Below, one piece after another: positions 12,112 through 23,834 of a stretch of DNA of 64,000 bases. Numbering within the stretch: position 1 is the stretch's first letter; each line of letters begins with the position of its first letter. The stretch is from Gekko japonicus (Eukaryota): contig NW_015173124.1 of NCBI RefSeq assembly GCF_001447785.1, positions 1,817,441 through 1,881,440 on the forward strand, read 5' to 3'. A program made the translations under genes and the position numbers. The notes beneath the pieces are model-generated. The model was not told where the DNA came from. It worked only from the letters and a program-made list of their open reading frames with translations, and ran no database searches.

Positions 12112-13254
12112 CTATATTATCTTTCTACTGTGGTCAGCAAAACCAGAACACTTTACATCTTTCTCCACTAGTGATGGCTACAAAAACACCATAATTAGGG
12201 GCTAACATAGGGTTGTCAGCTCTGGGTTGCGAACTACCTGGAGATTTTGGGGATGGAGCCTGTGGAAGGTGGTGTTCAGGAAGGGGAGGGACCTCAGCAG
12301 CATATAATGCTATAGAGACCACCCTCCAAAGCAGGCATTTTCTCCAGCTGAACTGATCTTGGTCATCTGGACCAGTTGTAATAGTGGGAGATCTCCAGGT
12401 GCCACCTATAGGGTGGCAACTCTGCTAACTAACTAGAACGTGTGTGAACTAGCACTGGTTTGCCCTAAAGCGGTTTTACCTATGTTTACTACACAGACAG
12501 AATGGAGCTGGACATTTCTGACAATCTCAAATAGGTACTAGGGTAGCTATATTTGATTTTATTTGCATTACATGGTTAATTGTATGCTAAAAGCATATTG
12601 CCATACTCAAGATTGAGTAACTGAACAATTTTTTGTTGCAATTTTGTTGTCCTTCCACTCTTAAACTTTCTTTCTAGTGAACTTGTAGATGATTTCCTGC
12701 GAGGCTTATAGTACTTATTTTGGGGAACTAAGGTCATACAGAAAGTCCTTAGTGTAACAATTCAGGTTCTGAAAAGTTTACTTATAGAGAAGCTGAGATC
12801 TTGCAATGAGCTTTGCTTTGTTTTACTGAATTCATCCCTTGCAAAGCTTATTTTAGATTAATTTTACCAGAACAAAAACAAAGTGGGAGGGGTCATCCTG
12901 GAAAAACGTCCCTATACTATTGGTGTAATTACCTCTAGTTCCCCCACCACCATTTTATTCATTCATTCATTCGATTTATACCCCACCCTCCCTGCCAAAG
13001 CAGGTTCAGGGCGGTGATGCCTAGTACCTGGTCTCAAAATTCTAAAAGTTAGGCTTAGTAAGATTGGTGACCTCTGACTGACTGCCTCTCGCAGCGATTG
13101 AATTGTTCATTTAGGGCTTTCACACAGAAGGAATTACGACTTATTATGTAGTTCTAAAAACATGTGAACAAGGCTCAAACCTCCACCCCATGGCAGGACC
13201 TGAAAATCTTTCCACTTAGTCTTGAATAACCTGATTTGGTCAAAAACGTCTATT

Positions 13255-14105
13255 ATTTCGGAGGGAGGTCATCAGAAACTTAGTTGCCAACAACGATGGG
13301 AGGAGGATTTATTGGCTTGCTGGGATGGAACAGACTGGAAGAAGGTGTGGTCCTCGCCAGCTAATAACTCGAATGTCTTTAACATTCGGCTTCAATTTTT
13401 TAAATTGTTCTCGAGGTGGTACATGACACCATGTAAATTACAGAAGATAAACATGAACAGTGATCCACGCTGTTGGAAAGGTTGCGGGGAGGTTGGTACC
13501 TTTATTCACTGCTGGTGGGCATGTCCACGAATGAGTAATTTTTGGGAGGACGTTCGGAAGGAGATCGCTGACATAACTTCGATAGATCTTAGTCTTAAGC
13601 CTGAAGTGTTTCTGCTGAACTACTGGGATAATGATATGGATGCTAGGAACAGGGAAATTATCTCGATGCTTCTGGCTGCAGCGCGTTTGACATTAGCGTC
13701 ATGTTGGAGGTCTCCTCATCCTCCAACGATAGCAGCCTGGCATGAAAAAATATGGGATCAATTTGTGATGGCTAAGATAGCAGATAAAGTACATAGAGCT
13801 CAAATTTTACGGTCCTCTAACCTCAAATTTGAATCAACCTGGTTCCCGATATTTTCATTTCTTACTTCACGGGGCATATTGCCAATAAATACCTGTTACC
13901 AAAAATGGGTTCTGATGTAACATACTAAGAGTTGAAATTTAAAGGATGCTTTCGTTATTTGTTATTATTATCTCTGGGGCTTTAAGTTCAAAAATACCTG
14001 AATGATACTGTAACTCTTTTGTAGGAATGTCGAGTGTTTATTATTGGATTCTTTGCATGTTCTTGTTTGCTTTGTTATGAAAAATGAATAAAGAGAAATT
14101 AAAAA
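13255..14105 (+). mobile_element. 5'-truncated L1 (ORF2 C-terminus, 3' UTR, poly(A))
   Basis: Cys-rich CWKGCGEVGTFIHCWWAC motif, AATAAA at 14087, A-tail, 13-bp TSD AAAAACGTCTATT at 13242-13254 and 14106-14118. Confidence 0.9.
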
Positions 14106-15373
14106 AAAAACGTCTATTCGTTCTATACCATTTTTAGCTGCTTCTGCGCTAACCATTTAGTCTAAAATTGTTCTCTCTTGTTTGGTCACCCATTTTAAAC
14201 AGAGAATCATCAGCAATCCATTGCATTCCAGTGTTTTCTTCTTCTTCTGTTGTTCGTCTTTTTTCAGATCCAATTTGTGGTGATTAAAAAAACCAAAACA
14301 ATAATAGTGCCAGGCTGTCCAGTGTGTCAAAACACTATTGAAGTTTCTCAAGGCTGCTGTCCTTCTAAATTTTGCTTCATCGCTTCTGCTCCTAGTTTAA
14401 TTAAATACTGCCTGTTCTTTTGTAGCTGGCTAAGACATTCCTACATCATTATCAGCTATTGTTGAGGGGGAGGCCTGCCTTCAGTTTAATCAGCTTTATT
14501 AAAGCAGAACACAACAGGAGGGATGCTGGTGTGGCTTCCACAGTACATGCGGCTATCTACTGGAATGTGGCTGAGGTGAGTTTTAGGATTCCCCCTTTAA
14601 ATCAGGATTAAGCCTTGTTCAGCTTCCCTTCATCCTCATCAGTTAACAAACAAAACAAGCATCATAGCAACTAGGACAACAGTATTGTGTGGGTCCTGGG
14701 AGCTTTCCAGAAAAATCCCCAGTGGGCAAAAGAGAAAGAGAAGACCAGAGGAACTTTTCCTTCTGGTGTCATGCAAAAATGGCTTTCTGGGTGGTAGTAG
14801 ATGGTCCACAAGACAGGAACTCCCAGAACATACATTGACGTAATGAATGACTACTGCTGGAATGGATGGAGCCTTCCTGATTAAAACAGATTCTTTTAGC
14901 AGTGGTGTCAGAACCTGGAACATAGGGAAACTGGGAATTTGGAGTCAAGTGTGAAGTACTGCTAGACACATTTTTCTCCAGCATGCTGTTGCTTAGAGAC
15001 CAAGAACATAGAAGTGTCTCTGTTTTCTGAAGCCTGTTGTTGGCAGGGAGTTCAAAAAGGGATGGGGGTGGGGACACAGATGTATATGTATTGTGATAAA
15101 ACTTTAGAACTAAATGTTGAAAATCCACCCATCCCTCCTCACTTCTCCAAAATGACAATAATAATATTTATGTTTTAACTCTATGGAAATTATTTCTTAA
15201 TGGCACATCAGACTGAATTGTAGATTTTTCTGTTCCCTGTATGTTTTAAGCTTAACTGAATAATGCTTGGCTCACACAAATTGGTTTTGCTTAAGTCACT
15301 AGTGGAGAAGCTCTGTGTAATGTTCCTCCTCTGCTCATAAGTAATTTAGGAAATAGATTGCTATGGTGACAAC

Positions 15374-15583
15374 CAATTCTCCCTCTAAGCCGTGCAGTCT
15401 TGTGAGCAAAACTACTTTGTGAGCTACTGGCATTAAAGTTGGGGGTGAGCAATTTGACTACTGCATAAATTAGTTTGCTCTGGAGGCTGGAGCCATCCTT
15501 CTTTAGCTAAGACATAAATGTGTGAACCGGAAGCTAAAAAACTGTGAGCCAGCTCACACTAACTCAGCTTAGAGGGAACACTG
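15374..15583. mobile_element. hAT MITE
   Basis: TIRs ...CCCTCTAAG/CTTAGAGGGAACACTG; TSD gtgacaac/atgacaac. Confidence 0.7.
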
Positions 15584-15899
15584 ATGACAACCACTAGCTA
15601 CAGTGGCTTTCAGAAAGATTAGACAATAGATCTATTCATGCATGTTAATCAGGATAGCCAATAGTGGCATCTTCACATTCAGGCAAAGGACCCCCCCCCC
15701 AAATACCAGATGAAGGGCACAAGCACCAGGGATTGGTCAGCTGCTCTATATGCCATATGAATGCCAGCTTAAAGATAGATTGCTGGACTAGTCGGACCTG
15801 ATCTGATCCCCTCTCATCCAGACTAACCCAGTTCATTTGCTTTTGGATTCACCCATTGGGGAAGGTAATATTGACACTGAGACAGTCTTCACCCATCCA

Positions 15900-18800
15900 A
15901 TGGCAGAAGCTGCACTGACATGCTGCCTGCTCTCACTGCTTGTGATGCTGTCATGTTACTTGGCTTTGCCCTGTGAGGAAAACGAAGTAGAAACGTTCAG
16001 CCAGGAATACAAACAGCTTTTGGAGTTAGGTAATCCCTGAAGATGGCAGTGGTCTGCATTGCTTTTGTCAGCGCGTGATGGCAGCTCGGCTGGGTTTGCA
16101 AGCAGGGATCTCTTTTCCGTCTCCCTGTGTGGGATACACGGCTACAACCTCTTGGGTAAGGGAAAGCTGTTTAGCCAGTATATAATTGGCCCATCTTGCA
16201 GAGAAGGGAGGAGATACTCTATGACCATGCGTGTTTGGTGCTCAGCATACCTTGGCAGAAATACTGGGTATTAGAGAACAAAGTTTGAGTCCAGTAGCAC
16301 CTTTAAGACCAACAAAGTTTTATTCAAGGTATAAGCTTTTGTGTGAGTGCACACGTCCTCAGATACATTGAAATGGAAATCAACACATACATATAGGTAG
16401 AGGGTGAGCAGCAAATTAGCACACAACATAATGAAAATGTTTTAACAGATGCAAACAGGAATAACAAGGTAAATGTATATGGTCACCATTTGTTTGGACT
16501 TAATTATGGGGGAAAACGCAGTGGAGCAAATAAATATGTCAAAATAGGAGATTAATGAGTAAATGCATCCTTCTTAATTGCGGGGTGCCTTCTCCTTGTA
16601 GCCCAGATCCAGAAGTGGAGTTGAGGTTCCTTGCAGGAATTAGTGCCGAGACTTGAAGTGCTTGTAATTAAACAGTTTATACATCCCCTCACTTTTCTTC
16701 CCAATGGGGTCTCAGTGTGGCTTATATCATCTATCTCCCTTCTTCCACTTTATCCTCACAACAACAGCCCTGTGAGGCAGGTTAGGCTGAGGGAGAGTGA
16801 CTTGCCGAAGGCCACCCAGTGAGCATCCTTGGCAGAGGGGGGAGGATTCAAGCCTGGATCTCCCAGATCCTTGTTCAGCACTCTAACCTCTACACCACGC
16901 TGATTATTGTCTGTGCAGATGCCACGTGCAAGGAGCCTCTGATTTGGCTCAATTCATCTGCCTCAACAGAGCCCCAAAAGAAGCTGAAGGACCAGGTAAG
17001 AATGATGCAGAACAGACCTTTTATTGGTGGACTGACATCTGAGCTCCTGGTCCAGCCCAATTCCTCCTTGATCATACAGCTCTCCCTTGTCTGCAAGACC
17101 TCTAGTTTGCCTGCCCCAACTGGCTCCAGAAGGAAGGCAAGTATAGAGAGCCATACAAGCTCGCATCTTCCCCTGCTGCCCTTGTCTCTCTTTGCATAGG
17201 TCCAGCCTTCCTTCTCTTGCCGGCCATCATTTTATGCTTCCTGGCCACTCTATCCACTGGGGTTCATTTTCCATCCTCTGCCTCTCAACCCCAGCTTTCC
17301 ATCTCTTCCTGCTGCTTCCCACAGATACCCACTGTTTATGTCTCTTCCAGGGTTTGGGTGCACCGGCCACATCAGGCAGCCCCCATGATGTAACCACGGG
17401 GGATGTATGCTGGCTACCTGCTCCTTATTTCAGGGAATGTTTCCTTGTTTAGTATTAATAGTATTAATAAAAATACTCCTGAAACCAATTAGATGTACTG
17501 TATCTACAAAAAGAAAAACGAATGCATTATGAGGATGGAATATTCCATAAAACACCATTCTGATGTATAAAAATGTTATTTGCCTGCTGTCCCAAAATAT
17601 GTGCCTGATTTTTGGAGATGTTCAGCTGGCACCTCTTGAGGGAAGCTCAGAATTCCTTTTGTGACCACAGTGCGCTTACACCAAAGTTCCTGGTCACTAA
17701 GCTTTGCCACCTCACCAAAAAAATGGCCTGTGCTGTTCTTGTGTCTTTAATGTGATCTTGAGCTACCAAAACCTGTCAAAAGCATGGAGATGTTACCAGA
17801 GGTCATTTCGGGGGGGATCGCGGGGGATCGCAGTTTCCCCGGGTGAGGTACGGGGGCGGGGCACATGACGAAGCCCCCCCCCATTTCCGGCCGCCGCGCT
17901 TCCGGCCCTCAGTCAGACAGGAGGAGGCAGGAGAAGAGGGAGGGTAAGTTGCTTCCTCCCTGCCTCTCCCCACTCCTGCCTGCCTGGGGCCAGGGAGGGC
18001 CTTCGTGGGGCTTCCTTGCACTCCCGCCGGCCTTGCAGGTCCACCGCCGGGCCCCTCATGGGGCTCGGCAGTGGAGCTGCAAGGCCGGCGGCAGTGGCCG
18101 GGACCGTTGGGGGTAATGAGTTATGCTAATTAGTTCTCCTAGCTCTTTTTCTATGAAACGACCCCTGGATGTTACCATCTGCTAGTATCTGCACATCACT
18201 GCTGTTAAAGGTTAAATTACACAAGCTGGATGAAAAGTTCCAGAGGGGTGGGCTACTATTGCAGGAAAATAAAACAGGAGTCCAGTGGTACCTTAAAGAT
18301 TAACAATATTTATTCCAGAATGAACTTTTTTGAGTCACCACTCACTTTTTCATACAGCATTAGGAAAACTCATATTGGAATAAATGTTGCTGGCTGAAAC
18401 CCTAGGGGGGGGAGTGGGACTTCCCCCCCCCCAAAGCTTTACTTTGCTGAGGGTTTGTTTTTTTTTTGGTGTGTGTGTGAGAGATCTAACTTCCATGTGT
18501 TCCCAAGGTGTCACAAGACAGGTTACCCAGTTAAAGTCCATCTGCCTTCCATGTCTTGACTCCTCCCTACAAATGTAGTTGATTCTGGAGGTGATTAATC
18601 ACAAGTCCAGCTGCGGTTCTGTCCTCATGGAAACGGAATTTTTGCCATCATTGTTCAAAATGGACCTCTCAAAGAAGGAATGCTGGTAAGCAAAATTGGC
18701 AGGCACACAATTCTCTGATCCGCCAGGAGAGGGCAATGCATTCATGTTATCTACACTATCCATTGTTTGGGGGAAATGGGCGGTTTTGATTCTTGCTTGC

Positions 18801-21800
18801 TGCGCTTCGGGACAGTGACAGCAACAACCCTCGGAAGGATATTGTGAAAAAGAAGTTATGGGAATATTTTTAGGAACAATGGCTTTTCCAGCACAGAGGA
18901 GTGATCAGGTTAGCTATCTATAGTTTATACATGTTTGTTTACAGAATTACTGTCCATGGGGTTTTCTTGGCAAAGATACTGGAGTGGGTTGCCATTTCCT
19001 TCTCCAGTGGATCACATTTTGTCTGAGTTCTCTGCTGTGGCCTGTCTGTCCTGGGTGGCCCTCCACAGCATAGCTCACAGCCTCATTGAACCACGCAACC
19101 CCCTTGCCACATCAAGGCAGTGATCCATGAGAGAGTTTCGAAGAGGTAGAGGAACTAGAGATCAAATTGCCAACATTAGCTGGATTATGGAGAAGGCAAG
19201 GGAGTACCAGAAAAACATCTGCTTCATTGACTATGCTGAAGCCTTTGATTGTGTGGATCACAATGAACTGTGGCAAGTCCTTAAAGAGATAGGAGTACCA
19301 GACCACCTCACAAAATCTCTTGAGAAAACCTGTATAACGGTCAAGAAGTGACAGTTAGAACCAGATATGGAAGATCTGATTGGTTTAGCATAGGAAAAGG
19401 AGTATGACAAGGATGTATATTTAATTTGGATGCTTATTTAGTTTATATGCAGAGTACATCATGCAAAATGCCAGCCTGGATGAATCACAAACTGGAATTA
19501 AGATTGCTGGGGAAAATATCGATAACCTCAGATATGCAGACGATACCACTCTAATGGCAGAAAGTGAATAGGACCTAAAGAGCCTCTTGCTAAGGATCAA
19601 AGAGGAGAGCGCAAACGTTGGCTTGAAACTCAACATCAAAAAACCCAAGATCATGGCATCCGGCCCCATCACTCCTTAGCAAATAGAAGGGGAAGTCATG
19701 GAAGCAGTGACAGACTTCATGTTCCTGGGATCCAAGATCACTGCAGATGGTGACTGCAGCCATGAAATTAAAAGACGCCTGCTCCTTGGGAGGAAAGTGA
19801 TGGCAAACCTAGACAGCATAATAAAAAGCAGAGACATCACCCTGCCAACACCCTGGGTATTCCCAGTAGTAATGTATGGCTGCAAGAGTTGGACTATAAG
19901 GAAGACCGAGCACCAAAGAATAGATTCTTTTGAAATAATGGTGCTGGAGAAGACTCTTGAGAGTCCCTTGGATTGCAAGGAAATTGAATCAGTCAATCCT
20001 AAAAGAAATCAACCCTGACTGTTCCCTGGAAGGCCAGATACTGAAGCTGAAGCTCAAATACTTTGGCCACTGAAAAGTACTCAGAACGAAGAGTGATTTC
20101 AGCAAGAGTACTTTATTAGGTGAAGAACAAGACAAGAGAAACCAGCTCGCAGGCCAGTTTATATGCGTTCAGAAAACCCGCCACCAAGCACACCTAAACA
20201 CACCCCCTACTCCCGATAGGCTATTTACAGTAACCGGGCGACCATTGGTCTCCCGGCTGGGAAGCTGGCCCTTTGATTGGGCCGGCTAGGATCCTTCGGA
20301 TCCTTTGTCTTACGACTGAAGCTATGGAGAAATACTGCCTGGCCAGCCCGGGCAAGTCCGGACATGTCAGGCTGAATGCATTACACGTGGTAATGGCGGC
20401 AGTACATTACAGCCACCAAATGAGAAGGAAGCACTCACTGGAGAAGACCCTGATGCTGGGAAAGATTGAAGGAGAAAGAAGAAGGGGATGGCAAAGGATG
20501 AGATGGTTAGACAGTGTTATTGATCCAACGAACATGAAATTAAGCACACTCCAGAGCACGACGGAAGACAGGAGGGCCTGGCGTGATGTGGTCCATGGGG
20601 TTGCAAAGAGTCAGACTCGACTGTGCAACTGAACAACAAATTTACAGAATGTATACATCACTTTTTAACATAAATGTTCAAGACAGTTAATGAAAGGGGG
20701 GAAAGATAAATTAAGCAAATAATATTATAAAACAATTTAACAGAAGCAAAAGCAACTGTGAACACAGAATTCCACTTAATCCCCCCCAAATACTTTCATT
20801 TGTTCCAAAAGGAACATAAACAAGCTTCTTAAGAGGTGTTAATACCATGGCCTGAAATTTTTATTTTTCTCCCCACTCTGACTTTTTGTCTGCTGAAAAA
20901 TTCTGGAAAATGTGAAAGAGTACAACATTTCATGTAAGTTTGGTTCCTTCTTACATGAATTGTTTTAGTTTATGGATGTGGCTTTGGACTGATGTGACTA
21001 TCTGCAGTCTCTCACAAGACACTGTATTCCAGAACTTCAGAGGCGTGACCAAAAAGGCCCTGCTTCTCCTGGAAGTTGATCCATAACTCCAAAAAGATGG
21101 CACTTAGAGCAGAGGCTTATTGACAGATCTTAAAGCTCATCTGCAAGGACCAGCACTTTGGATTAGTAGCCAATGTGTGTATTTAAGAACTAGTGTATTA
21201 TTTTCTTGCCAGTTCCTATCTGGTAGGTCAGTGTTTCCCAACCTGTGGGTCATGAAGTCTCTGAAAGTGGGTCACAGTCCAGCCACCCTAATGGTGGCTC
21301 CTGCCCTTTCCATCCTTGTCATTCTTTCTGTTTTACCAACCTCACATTTTCATCTCCTCTTCCCTCTTTGTGAGAATAATGAGGAGAAAAAAAGTCATCA
21401 GGCAACTAATAACTTCATGGCAGTAGCTGAAAGAAGGAGTGGAGGCTGGAGAGTAGGTGCCACAGAAAAACCAGAGGATAAAAAGAGGCGTGTGCATGCA
21501 TGGGCTCTGTCTTGGTGCTGGTCCTTCAGCAGTACAACCTCCTGCCCAGACCCCTGCATTGGTTCAGTGACCTCTACCTGCTGCTGTGGAAGACGTACTG
21601 CACCAATCCCCCTCGCCGCCAACCTCTTTGCTGCCATCTGCCAACTCCTCCGTGTATCAGCTCAGCCCAGCACCCCTGAGCATACCTCCTCAAACTCTGG
21701 CTCTGGCCCAGTTGGCAGAAGAGAAGGATGTTGGGGTTCATAGTAGTGTGTGATGTGTGTTGGTTTCTCAAAAACATCTGGTTTGCCACTGTAGAAAATG

Positions 21801-23834
21801 GAATTATGGAATAGATCAGTGCCAAGGTAATAGTTTTCCTAGAGCACCAAAAAACCTTGCTCCAGCCCTTGATGGGTCACTATACGAAGTCAATTTGGAT
21901 GTGTGGGTCACCATCCAAAAATGTTGAGAACTACTGTGATAGATGGCCTTTCGTACTTTATTAGACCATTTTCAAAAGCAGCTTCACATGGTTCAGGTAG
22001 CAATGGGCAAATATGGCAGTTATCAAAATAAGAGTGGCAGTAGCCATGCAGAAAGGAGCTGCGGTGGCTCAAGTGGTTAAGACGCTGAACTGCAGGCTGT
22101 GGAAAGTCAGTAGTTCAGCAGTTCGAGACCCGAGTTGCCGCATGACGGAGTGAGCTCCCATCTCTAGTTCCAGCTCCTGCCAACCTAGCAGTTTGAAAGC
22201 AAGAAATTGCAAGTAGATAAATAGGTACCACTTTGGTGGGAAGGTAACAGCGTTCCGTGCACCTTGGTGTTTAGTCATGTCGGCCACATGCTTATCACGG
22301 AAACGTCTTCGGACAGCGCTGGCTCTTCGGCTTTGAAACGGAGATGAGCACTGCAACCCTAGAGTCAGATTCGACTGGCTTTCGAGCAAGGGAACCTTTA
22401 CTAGCCATGCAGAATCATAGAGTTGGAAGGGACCTACAGGGCCATCTAGTTCAACCCCCTGCACAATGCAGGACATTCACAAATACCACTCTCCCTAGTG
22501 ACCCCTGTTCCCTGCCCAGAGGATGATAAAAAATCTCCAGGATCCCTGACCAAACTGGCCTGGAGAAAAATTACTTCCTGAACCCAAAGTGGCAATCAGC
22601 ATTTCCCTGGGCTTGTAAGAAAGGGAACTAAGCAATGATGCAACCCTTCCTGCCCTCCCTCTCATGATCTGCTCTGTCTTCTGGTAATGTACAGCTGCTG
22701 GAGAATTAACCAGAACCCATAAAGGCACTCAGCCATGTCCACCACATGGCAATCCAGCAGCAATGCTGGTCCCATGTATCTAGGTGGTTTACAGTAAACC
22801 ATAGACAAAAAGAAGTCATCAGTAAAATTGAATAGGAATACTATACCTCAGAACTACTAAATACAGGGCATTTTTTGGGCAGAAATGCACAGGAACGAAG
22901 TTCCGGCTGGCTCCCAAGTTGGCCACACCCAGCAGGAACTCATTAGCATAACAGGCCACACCCAACAGCAGAAACTCATTAGAATTGGCTACAGTAGGCG
23001 TGTGTGGCCTAACATGCAAAGGAGTTCCTGCAACAAAAAAAGCCCTGGGTTTTGACAACAAACAAGGTAAACAGAATAAGAAGCAAAAGGTGGGTGTGGC
23101 TGGATGACCATACTTCTGGTAACATGGGAATGCAGCCTAATATGCTAATGAGTGGTGCAATCAGGGGTGTGGCCTAATATGCTAATGAGTTCCTGCTGGA
23201 CTTTTTCTACAAAAAAAGCCCTGATTAAATATAAACTCACATTCAGTGTCTACTTAAATGCAGCCTAAATAAAAAGATCTTGCATTGCCTACCTAATGTC
23301 TTCTGGAACAGGCAATAGTCCCCGCTTCACCCCTTGGAGTGAAGACAATCAGTCATAGAACATTCTTCAGCTGTGGTGTGAACTCATCTCCACAATTTAC
23401 ATATCAGATAGACAGACCAACATGCCAAAGCTATCAGCCATACCATTGTCTTCCTGTCTACTTTTTAAAAAGCAGCTGATGTATGTTTGTTTACCTGTTC
23501 ATCATCAAGCTTTGCACAAAGGAATGGGGTAGTAGGAGGTTGTGTTGATGAAGTCACATACACTAGTCAATCTAGATTTTTACCAATTCAAACTGAATCA
23601 CACATCTAAATTGCAAAACTACCTTTTAGATGTGGCTGAAGACAGTGAATGCTACAGTCATATCAAACATGGTGAGGGGGCTTCCAAACCGGTATACAAT
23701 GCTGCATTTATCAACTAGCTGAAGGCAATTTTAAAGATGGGATTGATTCATGTGGTATCTCTTGACTGTCTCTTTTGTATTTTTGCAGGGTACCGATTTG
23801 TATTGTTTCAAATACTTGCAGAAGACCTTTCTGA
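15900..23834 (+). CDS. Candidate unannotated secreted-protein gene or recent pseudogene; exons 15900-16029, 16919-16995, 18579-18685, 23789-23834
   Basis: Signal-peptide-like N-terminus and canonical splice sites; phases 1/0/2 join into an open 119-aa frame. No homolog recognised. Confidence 0.35.
17797..18167. mobile_element. GC-rich hAT MITE
   Basis: TIRs CAGAGGTCATTTCG/GAAACGACCCCTG; perfect 8-bp TSD GATGTTAC; near-identical to 50614-51082. Confidence 0.85.
18948..20640 (+). mobile_element. BovB (RTE) LINE, decayed, with an apparently inverted 5' segment and a nested LTR
   Basis: RT motifs GRGTRDQIAN, FIDYAEAFDCVDH and LRYADDT; SLEKTLMLGKIEG; (CAA)n tail; TSD TTTACAGAAT at 18938-18947 and 20641-20650. 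Confidence 0.9.
20071..20411 (-). mobile_element. Solo LTR nested in BovB
   Basis: Minus strand reads TGTAATGTAC...GTACTTTTCA; 5-bp TSD GCCAC; AATAAA on the minus strand. Confidence 0.85.
21229..21936. mobile_element. hAT-Charlie-like non-autonomous element
   Basis: TIRs CAGTGTTTCCCAAC/GTTGAGAACTACTG; degenerate TSD tggtaggt/tgatagat. Confidence 0.65.
22054..22401 (+). mobile_element. Sauria SINE
   Basis: Full length; 13-bp TSD TAGCCATGCAGAA. Confidence 0.85.
22412..22680 (-). mobile_element. CR1 LINE 3' end
   Basis: aatcatagagttggaagggacc...catctagttcaacccc is antisense to a CR1 tail. Confidence 0.65.
22864..23223. mobile_element. hAT MITE (CAGGGC-TTTTT TIR)
   Basis: TIRs; TSD actaaata/attaaata; internal duplicate terminus at 23047. 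Confidence 0.7.

Noticed and set aside
13222-13920. 232-aa ORF as a host gene
   Set aside because: It is the L1 ORF2 C-terminus, and its listed start lies outside the TSD-defined insertion
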